DNA from: an uncultured Muribaculaceae bacterium
GTDB lineage: Bacteria; Bacteroidota; Bacteroidia; Bacteroidales; Muribaculaceae
Length of the DNA stretch: 64,000 nt
Assembly: GCA_934590135.1 (NCBI GenBank)
Contig: CAKTOT010000001.1
Span: forward strand, 25,477 to 89,476
Reading direction: 5' to 3'
Shown here: in pieces, positions 27,111 to 35,557 of the stretch
How positions within the stretch are numbered: the first letter of the stretch is position 1
Layout of the letters: every line of letters starts with the position of its first letter
Program-made: the position numbers and the translations under genes
Notes under the pieces: model-generated
Database searches by the model: none
The model's input: the letters and a program-made list of their open reading frames with translations, nothing else
What the model was told of the DNA's origin: nothing

Positions 27111-27118
27111 CAAAGTTA
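27111..27118 (-). promoter_or_regulatory. Candidate -7 box (TAACTTTG) driving the riboswitch leader
   Basis: Exact TAnnTTTG match on the minus strand, immediately upstream of the aptamer. Confidence 0.5.
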
Positions 27119-27373
27119 CGACTTCCCCTCCAATTATCAAAGAAAAAATTCCGTAATCCGCTTCTTTCCCCGTTTTGAGCCGGTGAAAATCGGGACGGAT
27201 CTAAATTTCGGGTAGTTTAAGAAGCAATATATCTTCAAATTAAGTTGATTTTACTTCTTCGGATTAAGCTATCTCGAAATTAAGTACTAAATTCGCATCA
27301 GTCATTATTCGAAAGGCGCGAGCCATCTTGCCTTAGACAACACATAAGTATACAAGAATAGCAATAATAAAAT

Positions 27374-27544
27374 ATGACTATGGGAAATTATGACGACCGT
27401 GATGCGTACAACGGCGATCCGGAACACGATATGTATGTCGATTACGATTACCAAACCAATACCGGCGAGCCGGTATTTGACGGATATGATGACGAGATAG
27501 ATTTTGACGAAGATTATTCGGACGAACAGCACGAGGATTATTAG
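27374..27544 (+). CDS. Possible small, highly acidic protein (56 aa)
   Basis: ATG at 27374 to TAG at 27542-27544: MTMGNYDDRDAYNGDPEHDMYVDYDYQTNTGEPVFDGYDDEIDFDEDYSDEQHEDY. It has 21 Asp/Glu, 8 Tyr, 1 Arg and no Lys. It is below the ORF-track length cutoff. I see no convincing promoter (TAAATTCG, a near match, lies about 80 nt upstream). Confidence 0.3.
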   Translation: MTMGNYDDRDAYNGDPEHDMYVDYDYQTNTGEPVFDGYDDEIDFDEDYSDEQHEDY

Positions 27545-27759
27545 GGATGAGATGATGCGATAACGTTCGGAGTGCTTTCGGCGCTCGGCTTATCTCTATC
27601 GCCATAATGTAAATAGCCGGTACATTTTTGCCCGAATGAACATATTCGGCTCATTTGGAGTGTGACTTTTTTTTTGCCGTTGCACTTCTTATCTGAATCT
27701 TTCGTTTGATGCTCAGCGTTTTTTTTGGAGCAAATGCTTGGCGGGTCGGAGTTTTTGCG

Positions 27760-27767
27760 TAACTTTG
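27760..27767 (+). promoter_or_regulatory. Candidate -7 box (TAACTTTG)
   Basis: Exact TAnnTTTG match 190 nt upstream of the ATG at 27957. Confidence 0.4.
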
Positions 27768-27823
27768 CAGTCCATTGCCCTAAAACCGAGCAATTCACAC
27801 CTGCCCAAATCAGATGCGGTGTC

Positions 27824-27860
27824 TGCCGCTTATGATGGCTGCCGCTTATGATGGCTGCCG
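27824..27860 (+). repeat. Tandem duplication, 16-nt unit TGCCGCTTATGATGGC, about 2.3 copies
   Basis: Units at 27824-27839 and 27840-27855, plus a partial copy TGCCG at 27856-27860. It sits in the 5' leader of the endonuclease gene. Confidence 0.8.
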
Positions 27861-27956
27861 TTGAGGTACATGCCGTATAGGTACGAATTTCGATGCGCTT
27901 AGAGCAACCGAGCATTACTACAAAGAAACCAAAACACATAACAAACCAATCGTATC

Positions 27957-30368
27957 ATGATTTTACGGTACTTAAAAGGTGCTGTCCTGACACTGGCCTT
28001 AGTGTCGACAGCCTTTGCCCGGGCCGCAGAGCCGTCGGGCTACTATTCTACATGCGAAAACAAGTCCGGAGCCGCACTGCTGTCGGCTCTATGCAAAAAA
28101 GTGGGCCCCCACAAAGATGTGGGCTACAATGGCTTGCTCACTCTCTATAAGACCTCCGATGTGTATCCCGATGGTACTATCTGGGATATGTATTCGACAA
28201 AGCACTGGAAGCCGGGCACCACTTGTGGCAATTACAGCAAGGTGGGTGACTGCTACAACCGCGAGCACTCATTCCCCAAGAGCTGGTTCAACGATGCAAA
28301 ACCGATGTACTCCGAGGCTTTCCATATCTATCCCACCGATGGTAAGGTCAACGGCCAACGTTCCAACTTCCCCTACGGCGAATGTGCCAATGGTACGACG
28401 CTGTCTTCCAGCGGCAGTGTAAAGGCCCTCGGACGCCTTGGCGACTGCACCTTCCCTGGATACTCGGGCACGGTGTTCGAACCGGACGATCAGTATAAAG
28501 GCGACTTTGCCCGCTCGTATTTCTATATGGCTGCGGCCTATAACGACAAAATCGCCGGATGGAACTCCAAGATGCTGGCCGGTAACAGCTACCCAGTATT
28601 TTCGTCATGGGCCATCAACCTGCTGCTGAAATGGCATCGTCAAGACCCCGTAAGCCAGAAGGAACTTGATCGTCAGGAAGTCGTATACGGCGCACAAGGC
28701 AACCGTAACCCCTTCATCGACCATCCCGAATTGGCCGAATATCTCTGGGGCAATAAGAAAGGCCAAAACTGGTCCACCAATATCAGCGCCGACCCGGCCT
28801 TCCTGCTTCCTGTGGATGGCAGCACCGTAGACTTCGGTGTTACGGCCGTAGGCTTGGCACGCACCAAGACCGTGACCGTCAAGGCCGAAGGCCTCAAAGA
28901 AGCCATCAGCGTTAGCGTCAGCGGCACCGGATTTGCCGCCACCGCTACCACTCTCGCCGCCAATGCGGCCATGACCACTGACGGCACCACCCTCACCCTG
29001 ACTTATACGGCAGCAGCAGCCGGTAATGCCGCAGGAACGCTCACGCTCACTTCCGGAACGGCTAAGGCTACCGTCAAGTTGACTGCCAATGCAATGACCG
29101 GACTGCCCGTCGGCGCCGCCACCAATATCAGCGACGAAAGCTTCGTGGCTCACTGGACATACGTAGGCGATGAAGCCGCTGACGGCACTTACACGCTCTA
29201 TCTGCTTGATGCCCAAGGCAAAGCTGTGGCATCCTATCCGCGCACAGTTAAGGCCAAAGACGAGCAGTGCGTATGCGACGTCCTTGCTCCCGAAACGGCC
29301 TACACATATTATCTGACATCCAAGACGTTGACTTCAAACAAAATCAACGTCACCACCGCAGCCCCGATACCGTCTATCGAATTCCTGCACGACGGCGAGC
29401 TGTCGCTGGTAGCCGAACCGGGCACACCTTCCGAGGCTGAGGAACTTATTGTCGAAATCGAGAACCTCAATTCGGACATCACCATTGAAGTCAATGCTCC
29501 GTTCGAGCTGTCTTCGGACAAAGCCGAATGGGCGCAAAAAATCGTCATCAAGCCCGAAGAAGACCGTATATATATCCGCGTCAACAGCGCCAAGGCCGGC
29601 ACATTTGCCAGCTCCATAATTGCCACGGCTACGACTGCCAAGGGCGAGACATATACTACCGATGAGGCCGAAGTATCGGCTAAGGTCGCCGAAGCCATCG
29701 ACTTCTTCGAGGACTTCGAGGCTGCTGTTAACGGCAACTACAGCGCCGCTACGGTTCAAGGCACAATGTGCGTCTGGAACCTCCACGATGCCGGCGTATT
29801 TGCCGAAAGCAAGAGAGCTTATGCCGGGTCAAACTATATGCGCTTTGGCAAGACTTCTTCTTCGTCCTTCGAGACAGCTGAAGATATCGCCGGCGGCGTG
29901 GGCGAAATCACCTTCTATGCCAAGGCATGGGATGGAGACGCTGCATGCGAATTCAAGGTAGAATGTTCCACCGACGGCGGAAACAACTGGAAAACAGCCG
30001 CTACCATCACCCTGCCCAAGAACGAAGGCTACAAGAAGTACACCGTCACCGCCAATGTCAGCGGAGATGTCCGCGTACGCTTTGCACAGACCGCCGGCGG
30101 CCGCGCACACTTCGACAACATCGCCATGTCTCACTACCGTGGCGGCATCGAAGGTGTCGAAAGCGACTACCACGCGTGGACGGCTTACAGCCTCAACGGC
30201 CGACTCATAGTCAGCCTCACCGAGCAAGCCGCCGTACAAATCTACGGCATCGACGGTATCACATATTTCAATGGCACACTGAACGCCGGCGACAACGCCC
30301 TTGACCTGGATAATGGTCTGTATATCGTTGTTGTCGATGACTTCAGCCGTCGCGTACTCGTCAAGTGA
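27957..30368 (+). CDS. T9SS-exported extracellular nuclease, Endonuclease I (EndA/Vvn) family, with Ig-like repeats and a beta-sandwich domain
   Basis: The endonuclease I core contains YNREHSFPKSWF ... HIYPTDGKVNGQRSNFPYGE ... GNRNPFIDHPELAEYLWG. The C-terminal tail QIYGIDGITYFNGTLNAGDNALDLDNGLYIVVVDDFSRRVLVK resembles a T9SS CTD. Confidence 0.85.
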   Translation: MILRYLKGAVLTLALVSTAFARAAEPSGYYSTCENKSGAALLSALCKKVGPHKDVGYNGLLTLYKTSDVYPDGTIWDMYSTKHWKPGTTCGNYSKVGDCYNREHSFPKSWFNDAKPMYSEAFHIYPTDGKVNGQRSNFPYGECANGTTLSSSGSVKALGRLGDCTFPGYSGTVFEPDDQYKGDFARSYFYMAAAYNDKIAGWNSKMLAGNSYPVFSSWAINLLLKWHRQDPVSQKELDRQEVVYGAQGNRNPFIDHPELAEYLWGNKKGQNWSTNISADPAFLLPVDGSTVDFGVTAVGLARTKTVTVKAEGLKEAISVSVSGTGFAATATTLAANAAMTTDGTTLTLTYTAAAAGNAAGTLTLTSGTAKATVKLTANAMTGLPVGAATNISDESFVAHWTYVGDEAADGTYTLYLLDAQGKAVASYPRTVKAKDEQCVCDVLAPETAYTYYLTSKTLTSNKINVTTAAPIPSIEFLHDGELSLVAEPGTPSEAEELIVEIENLNSDITIEVNAPFELSSDKAEWAQKIVIKPEEDRIYIRVNSAKAGTFASSIIATATTAKGETYTTDEAEVSAKVAEAIDFFEDFEAAVNGNYSAATVQGTMCVWNLHDAGVFAESKRAYAGSNYMRFGKTSSSSFETAEDIAGGVGEITFYAKAWDGDAACEFKVECSTDGGNNWKTAATITLPKNEGYKKYTVTANVSGDVRVRFAQTAGGRAHFDNIAMSHYRGGIEGVESDYHAWTAYSLNGRLIVSLTEQAAVQIYGIDGITYFNGTLNAGDNALDLDNGLYIVVVDDFSRRVLVK

Positions 30369-31105
30369 ACGCAAGCATTTCTACATTTTTTGATCGCACC
30401 GAGCTGCTCTTGGGTCATACGGCCCTCGAGCGGCTCGGCTGCCTTCGTGTCATCGTCTTCGGCGTCGGAGGCGTGGGGTCATGGTGCGCCGAAGCACTGG
30501 CGCGTAGCGGCGTCGGACATATCACGCTGGTGGATAGCGATACCGTAGCGCCCAGCAATATCAATCGTCAGCTCATAGCCACTTGTGAGACCATAGGTCG
30601 CCCCAAAGTGGATGTCGCCGCCGAGCGTCTGCGTGCCGTCAATCCGGACATCGACGTCCGTGCCGTACACGGCATATACACCGCCGAGACGGCCGATGAT
30701 TTCGACCTCAACGCATACGACTGGGTGGTGGACGCCATTGATTCGCTCGCGGACAAAGCGCTGCTGATATGCAATGCCACGGCATCGTCCGCCAGACTTG
30801 TCTCGAGCATGGGCGCGGCTTGCAAAACCGACCTTACGCAGATACGTATTGCCGAGTTCTGGAAAGTGGAGGGTGACCCGCTGGCACGCGCCTTGCGACA
30901 ACGCTTTCGTCGCAGCGGCATCTTCCCCAAACGCAAATTCAGTTGCGCCTACTCGCCTCAGCAGGTGCCCAACGTCCGCCCCACCGAGCGCGAAGCCACC
31001 GTCAACGGCGCCAAGCGTCCCAACGGCACTGTAGTCTTTGCCACTGCCGCCTTCGGCCTCGCCCTTGCCGGCCTCATTGTCAACACCATCGCCGCCGAAG
31101 TCTGA
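30365..31105 (+). CDS. tcdA: tRNA threonylcarbamoyladenosine dehydratase (ThiF-family, TcdA/CsdL)
   Basis: VIVFGVGGVGSWCAEALARSGVGHITLVDSDTVAPSNINRQL. The GTG start overlaps the previous stop (GTGA). Confidence 0.8.
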   Translation: MNASISTFFDRTELLLGHTALERLGCLRVIVFGVGGVGSWCAEALARSGVGHITLVDSDTVAPSNINRQLIATCETIGRPKVDVAAERLRAVNPDIDVRAVHGIYTAETADDFDLNAYDWVVDAIDSLADKALLICNATASSARLVSSMGAACKTDLTQIRIAEFWKVEGDPLARALRQRFRRSGIFPKRKFSCAYSPQQVPNVRPTEREATVNGAKRPNGTVVFATAAFGLALAGLIVNTIAAEV

Positions 31106-31217
31106 TTACCGTCAACGTCTGACTGTCGTCGAATAATCTCAATCAGGCCCAAGTCGGGTGGTGACTCGTGTTACGCCCGACAACACGTAGCGCAATTCTC
31201 CATAACATATTATGATT

Positions 31218-31258
31218 TGCCGGACAGAGCGAAGCTGTGGCTTCCGTTCTGCCCGGCA
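31218..31258. terminator. Imperfect hairpin between convergent genes
   Basis: TGCCGGACAGAGCGAAGC, loop TGTG, then GCTTCCGTTCTGCCCGGCA. About 15 paired bases with a mismatch and a bulge. No flanking U-run on either strand. Confidence 0.3.
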
Positions 31259-31378
31259 GATACTTATATAGCGGATAGTTGTGTCTTGGATGAATAGTCC
31301 GGTCGGCAGTTCAGCCCTTGTCGGCGCAAGTGGAGCGAGAGAATGTCCTTTTGTCCGGAAGCAACGCCGGTCGGGGGC

Positions 31379-32290
31379 TTAGGGTTCGTTGTTGACGGTG
31401 ATGGTGAGGGTGGTGATTTTGCCGGCGGCGATGATGTCGTTCTCGTTGGAACCGCTGCGGAATGCTTCTATGAGGGAGTAGGTCTTGTCTCCGTTAATGC
31501 GGATGTATTCTACCGAGGATAGGTGGACAATCTTTCCCGAGCCGGAGACGTTGAATAGTTCGTCGGGTACCACGGCTGCCTGCCAGAATGTGCCGCCGGG
31601 GGTCACGTGTTTCTTGGCCTTGATGTATCCGTAGCTGCCGAAGGGACGTACGTGGAATCCTCGCTCGGGGGTGATGCGGACGCCGGCCTGCTTCTTGCTG
31701 TCAAACTCGATGGTCTCGACTTTGTCGGCATAAGGGCCGGTGACGTATACGCGCAGGATGCCCAATCCGTTGTGGAAGTTGAAGTCTACTTGACCTTGGT
31801 CTTTTGCAACGGTTGCGGTGTCCGATATGAGTAGGTATTTCAGCCCCTCGCTTTGTTCTGTAATGTCGAAAGTGTTGGGCGTGAATGCGATATACTTGTT
31901 GACTTCGAGGTCGCGGTAGGCCATTATAGGCTTGTCGATTTGGACTTTCTTCCGGCCGTCGGGGTCTGTCACCAGGGTGATTTGGCCGATACCTTCCGGC
32001 TGTGCCTGCACGCAGTCGGCTGCATCGTCGCTGAGCTCGCGCACGATGAATGTTTCCGTGCCGTTCCATTCCAGCACGGTTGCCGACAAGTCATCGTTTT
32101 CGGTCATTCTTGATCCCGTTTTGTTGTTCCAGGGTGTCTCGGTGTAGTCCGCAAGTGTTATATTGCCGACTTCTAAGGCGTATCTGGGCCGTTCGTTGGC
32201 AGTCGGTTCGTCCGAGGCGCAGGATACGGCCAGGGTGCATACCGGCAGCGCCGTCAGGAGTAATGCTATATGTCGTATGGTCTTTTTCAT
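31379..32290 (-). CDS. Fimbrillin-like lipoprotein (distal gene of the type V pilus-like operon)
   Basis: Lipobox MKKTIRHIALLLTALPVCTLAVSC. About 300 aa, beta-rich, in series with the fimbrillin paralogs. The family call rests mainly on context. Confidence 0.5.
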   Translation of the reverse strand: MKKTIRHIALLLTALPVCTLAVSCASDEPTANERPRYALEVGNITLADYTETPWNNKTGSRMTENDDLSATVLEWNGTETFIVRELSDDAADCVQAQPEGIGQITLVTDPDGRKKVQIDKPIMAYRDLEVNKYIAFTPNTFDITEQSEGLKYLLISDTATVAKDQGQVDFNFHNGLGILRVYVTGPYADKVETIEFDSKKQAGVRITPERGFHVRPFGSYGYIKAKKHVTPGGTFWQAAVVPDELFNVSGSGKIVHLSSVEYIRINGDKTYSLIEAFRSGSNENDIIAAGKITTLTITVNNEP

Positions 32291-32342
32291 CTGCTTGATT
32301 TTGTGCTTATTGTCACTGCATTTGGGGGGCTATATCGCGGCG

Positions 32343-33329
32343 TCAAATCGTGAGCGAGTAGTCGTTGCCGTTCTTGGCCCACGGCATAGATGTCGTGGTG
32401 ACTTCGACGTCGTCCTTGCTGCTACCGTTGATGGTGATATTGAAGGTGTAGACGTATCCGCTCTTGAACTCGAACTCGGATGAGGTCACGAATTTGGACA
32501 GGTCTATGCTGTGCGTTATTTGCGGGCCGATGCCCGGTACGGGACGGTATTCCATAAGGATGAATGGTTTTTTTGTGGCTCGCTTCTGTGCAACGATTAT
32601 TGTCTCATACGAATATGCGGCCTCTTCGGTTACCGAGCCCCAATTGACGGTGTTTGCCGGGTATAACCTGTCGTGCGGGGACACCTTGTCCGCGGTGTTG
32701 TATGACTTGATGAGTTCCAGGTTTATCTTTCTGAAGGTTTTGTCGATGTTGTATTCGGCGGTTAGGTCGATGTCCCGGAGCAGGACGTGCCAGCAGTTTT
32801 GGTACAAGTTTTTGATGTATGGCGTGTTGCGGATGTTGACGATGACTTTGGCCTGGGTATGGTAGAAGTCAAGTTTGCGGCCGTCGCTTGCAATGTTATT
32901 GGAGTAGGCGAGCATGAGGTCGTCGCTGATGGTGGACAGATGGCAGGTTGTCCATATAATGGTGTCTCCTACGGGGTAGTAGCGGTTGGGAAAACGTCCG
33001 ATGACTTCGAGTATCTCGCCGGCATTGATTTTGAATGGGTTGGATGAGGTGAGCAAGGCAGTCGCGCCGTCCAGGGTGTCTGACACGATGTATTTGCGCA
33101 GGCCGTCAATGGTTTGGATGGCCACGCCGCCGGTGTCCACTTCCAACCATGCCGAGCGCGAGCTGACCGAGCCTTCGGCGCTCATATTGAGGCCGCTGGC
33201 GATAAACTCGAGGGGCGTGCCGACCGAGTCTTGCGGTTTGGGGTCGTCGGAGGCGCAGGCCGCGAGTAGCGCAGCCGGCAGTATGCCGCCAAGTATGGCG
33301 TAGATGTATTTCTTGATGCTTTTGTTCAT
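32343..33329 (-). CDS. Fimbrillin-like lipoprotein
   Basis: The ATG at 33329 gives MNKSIKKYIYAILGGILPAALLAAC (lipobox). About 328 aa. The call rests on context and size. Confidence 0.5.
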   Translation of the reverse strand: MNKSIKKYIYAILGGILPAALLAACASDDPKPQDSVGTPLEFIASGLNMSAEGSVSSRSAWLEVDTGGVAIQTIDGLRKYIVSDTLDGATALLTSSNPFKINAGEILEVIGRFPNRYYPVGDTIIWTTCHLSTISDDLMLAYSNNIASDGRKLDFYHTQAKVIVNIRNTPYIKNLYQNCWHVLLRDIDLTAEYNIDKTFRKINLELIKSYNTADKVSPHDRLYPANTVNWGSVTEEAAYSYETIIVAQKRATKKPFILMEYRPVPGIGPQITHSIDLSKFVTSSEFEFKSGYVYTFNITINGSSKDDVEVTTTSMPWAKNGNDYSLTI

Positions 33330-33384
33330 GTCTGTATGTATGTCCGTTGATGGATGTGCGTGTTGTTCGGTGCGGGCGCGGCGA

Positions 33385-34359
33385 TTATTGTTCGGCAAAG
33401 TACTCGCCGCCGTCAGCCCAATCCTTTATTGTGGCTGTGAAACTCAGCTCGGAAGGTCTGATGGTGATGGTGTATGTATGGACGCTGTTTCGCTTTAGTC
33501 GGCTGAATAGCGAGTCGTTGCTTTTATATGATTTGCCGTTGATTGTCAGCGTTAGATAGGCGCCGGATGCTGTCTGTGGGGCTACGATTGCCGTATAGAT
33601 CACGGCATGCTCCGTCTCGTTGTCAATGATTTGTTGTATGGTGTTGTCTCTGAGCGACCAGTCGTCGATGCTTGTGTTTTTGCCAAAATTAAACGAGTTC
33701 CATATCGTGCTGAAATTGATGTCGTCGTGCTGTATGCCGCCCAAGGTACATTCGGCATTGGCTATGTCGTTGAGAGTGATTCCGGTTGCCGGGTCTGCCT
33801 TGATTTTCACGACAATTTTCGACATTTGGTGCTCGAAGACAAGGTTGTCGATTTTGCCGCTGCTTATCCAGCCGGCCTGTATTCCTCTTTGCACACGTAT
33901 AATGTCAAGCTTGCGTTGTAGCTCGCTGGTGTTTTGCTTGCGGGTGTCGATTGCTAATCCGTAGTTTGAGCTGTCTGCTCGGCTCGGATCGTCGGGGGTG
34001 TATGGCGCATACGCGACAATGGAATTAGTCCCTGCCGTCAGGTCGGAGACGGCGATGGCCTTGCCAATCTTGGTGAAATCTGCCGTCGTTCCGGTGGAAG
34101 TGGTGTAATAGGGAAGGTTTTGATAGTCTTTGACAATGGCGTGGTCCCGTGGCGCTATGATGTATACGCCGATGGTGTCGCCTTCCCATAGTGAGCCGTT
34201 TACTCGGGACTGCGGGGCGCTCTCCCCGGCGAATGTGCCGGAGATTTGCAGCTCCCTGCTGTCGGTGAAGTCCGGGCCGTCTTCTCCGGCGCAGGAGCAT
34301 AAATACATTGCCGAGAGTGCTATGGCGGACGAAATTGTTAGAATATGCTTTAACGTCAT
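33385..34359 (-). CDS. Fimbrillin family lipoprotein
   Basis: Lipobox AMYLCSC. N-terminal motif SAPQSRVNGSLWEGDTIGVYII and C-terminal TATIKDWADGG, both shared with the next two paralogs. Confidence 0.65.
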   Translation of the reverse strand: MTLKHILTISSAIALSAMYLCSCAGEDGPDFTDSRELQISGTFAGESAPQSRVNGSLWEGDTIGVYIIAPRDHAIVKDYQNLPYYTTSTGTTADFTKIGKAIAVSDLTAGTNSIVAYAPYTPDDPSRADSSNYGLAIDTRKQNTSELQRKLDIIRVQRGIQAGWISSGKIDNLVFEHQMSKIVVKIKADPATGITLNDIANAECTLGGIQHDDINFSTIWNSFNFGKNTSIDDWSLRDNTIQQIIDNETEHAVIYTAIVAPQTASGAYLTLTINGKSYKSNDSLFSRLKRNSVHTYTITIRPSELSFTATIKDWADGGEYFAEQ

Positions 34360-34578
34360 ATTGGCGGTGTTTTTAGATTGGTGGTTTCCCTTGTAGGGGG
34401 GAGTGGCGTTTCCGCCGTGTGTGAAGAAGTCAAAAATATGTGCAGTATCACGCGGTATATTAGCTTCTTGTAGCTCTGCCGCTGCAGGTGCAACATATTG
34501 TGCCGTTACAATGATCCCCCATTAAGGCACATATAGAGATGCACTGTTTTGACACATCCCTCGCGATTAGTCGCGGGC

Positions 34579-35490
34579 TTATTGCATCACGGCTTCGCCG
34601 GATCCGCTGCCGCCGTCTACCCAGTCGGTGACGGTGCAGCCTTCGATTTTGAGACCTGTCTTATGGATGGTGATGGTGTAGGTGTAGGTCTTGCCGGGCT
34701 CGAGGGCGGGCATCATCGCGGTGTCGTTGACGTATGGCTGTGCTGCGATTACGGCCTTGTATTTCAGCGGTGTTGTCAGCGTCTGGGGTATGATGGCGTC
34801 ATAGGTGACGACATTATTGGCCATATCGGTGGTGCGCATCGAGTACACCAGCGACCATTCGATGGGGCTGCCGGAGGGCGATACTGCGCCGGTGGTTAGG
34901 TCGAAGGTGCCGTCATGGATGAGGCCGTCGATGTAGTGGCCGCCGATGGCAACGTCAGGTGTTGTGAGGCCGTCGCCGGGTTTGAGCTTGACTACCAGGC
35001 GCGACATGACGTGGCGGAAGGATTTGTCTCCGGTGAAGGTCAGTGTGGGGTTGCTCTTGGAGGCTACGGCACCGGAGGCATAGATGAAGTCGATGCGTTT
35101 TTGCTGTTCGCGTGTCACTTGACTGCGGGTGTTCACTTGGGGCTTGTTCCAGGTCGCACCGCTTTCGTACGGTCCATATGCACAGAAGGTTACATCTCCG
35201 GTGCCTTCGAAGTATATCGGGCTGGCATCGGCGGTGAATTCGGCGACTTCGCTTGTCGAGGTGGTGGAGTAGGGTATATTCTTGTATTTGTCCTGCATCT
35301 TGTCGTTGCCGGCGATGGCGTATACGCCGATATTATCGGCTTCCCATGTTGAGCCTATGGCGCGGGAATTGGTTCCGAATCCGGCAGTGATTTTGAGGGC
35401 TGTCGGCGTATTGTCGGGTTCGTTGTCCGAGGAGCAGGATGCCAGAGCGAAGATTGCAAGAGAGGGAAGGAGAATGTTATGAAGTTTCAT
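34579..35490 (-). CDS. Fimbrillin family lipoprotein
   Basis: The ATG at 35490 gives MKLHNILLPSLAIFALASC. Motifs GTNSRAIGSTWEADNIGVYAI and GCTVTDWVDGG. Confidence 0.65.
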   Translation of the reverse strand: MKLHNILLPSLAIFALASCSSDNEPDNTPTALKITAGFGTNSRAIGSTWEADNIGVYAIAGNDKMQDKYKNIPYSTTSTSEVAEFTADASPIYFEGTGDVTFCAYGPYESGATWNKPQVNTRSQVTREQQKRIDFIYASGAVASKSNPTLTFTGDKSFRHVMSRLVVKLKPGDGLTTPDVAIGGHYIDGLIHDGTFDLTTGAVSPSGSPIEWSLVYSMRTTDMANNVVTYDAIIPQTLTTPLKYKAVIAAQPYVNDTAMMPALEPGKTYTYTITIHKTGLKIEGCTVTDWVDGGSGSGEAVMQ

Positions 35491-35557
35491 TTCTATGAGA
35501 TGTTTATCGTATGATTTGATTGTTTGTCTGTGATTTGTGTCGTGTGGTCGGGCGATG

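Noticed and set aside
26703-27140. N-terminal 146-codon extension of the TonB-dependent receptor ORF (track start 27140)
   Set aside because: The extension is Arg-rich with no signal peptide, and it coincides exactly with the cobalamin riboswitch and its promoter. A proper signal peptide follows the ATG at 26702.
27824-27860. Possible CRISPR-like or VNTR repeat
   Set aside because: It has only 2.3 directly abutting copies of a 16-mer, with no spacers and no cas genes. I recorded it as a simple tandem duplication.
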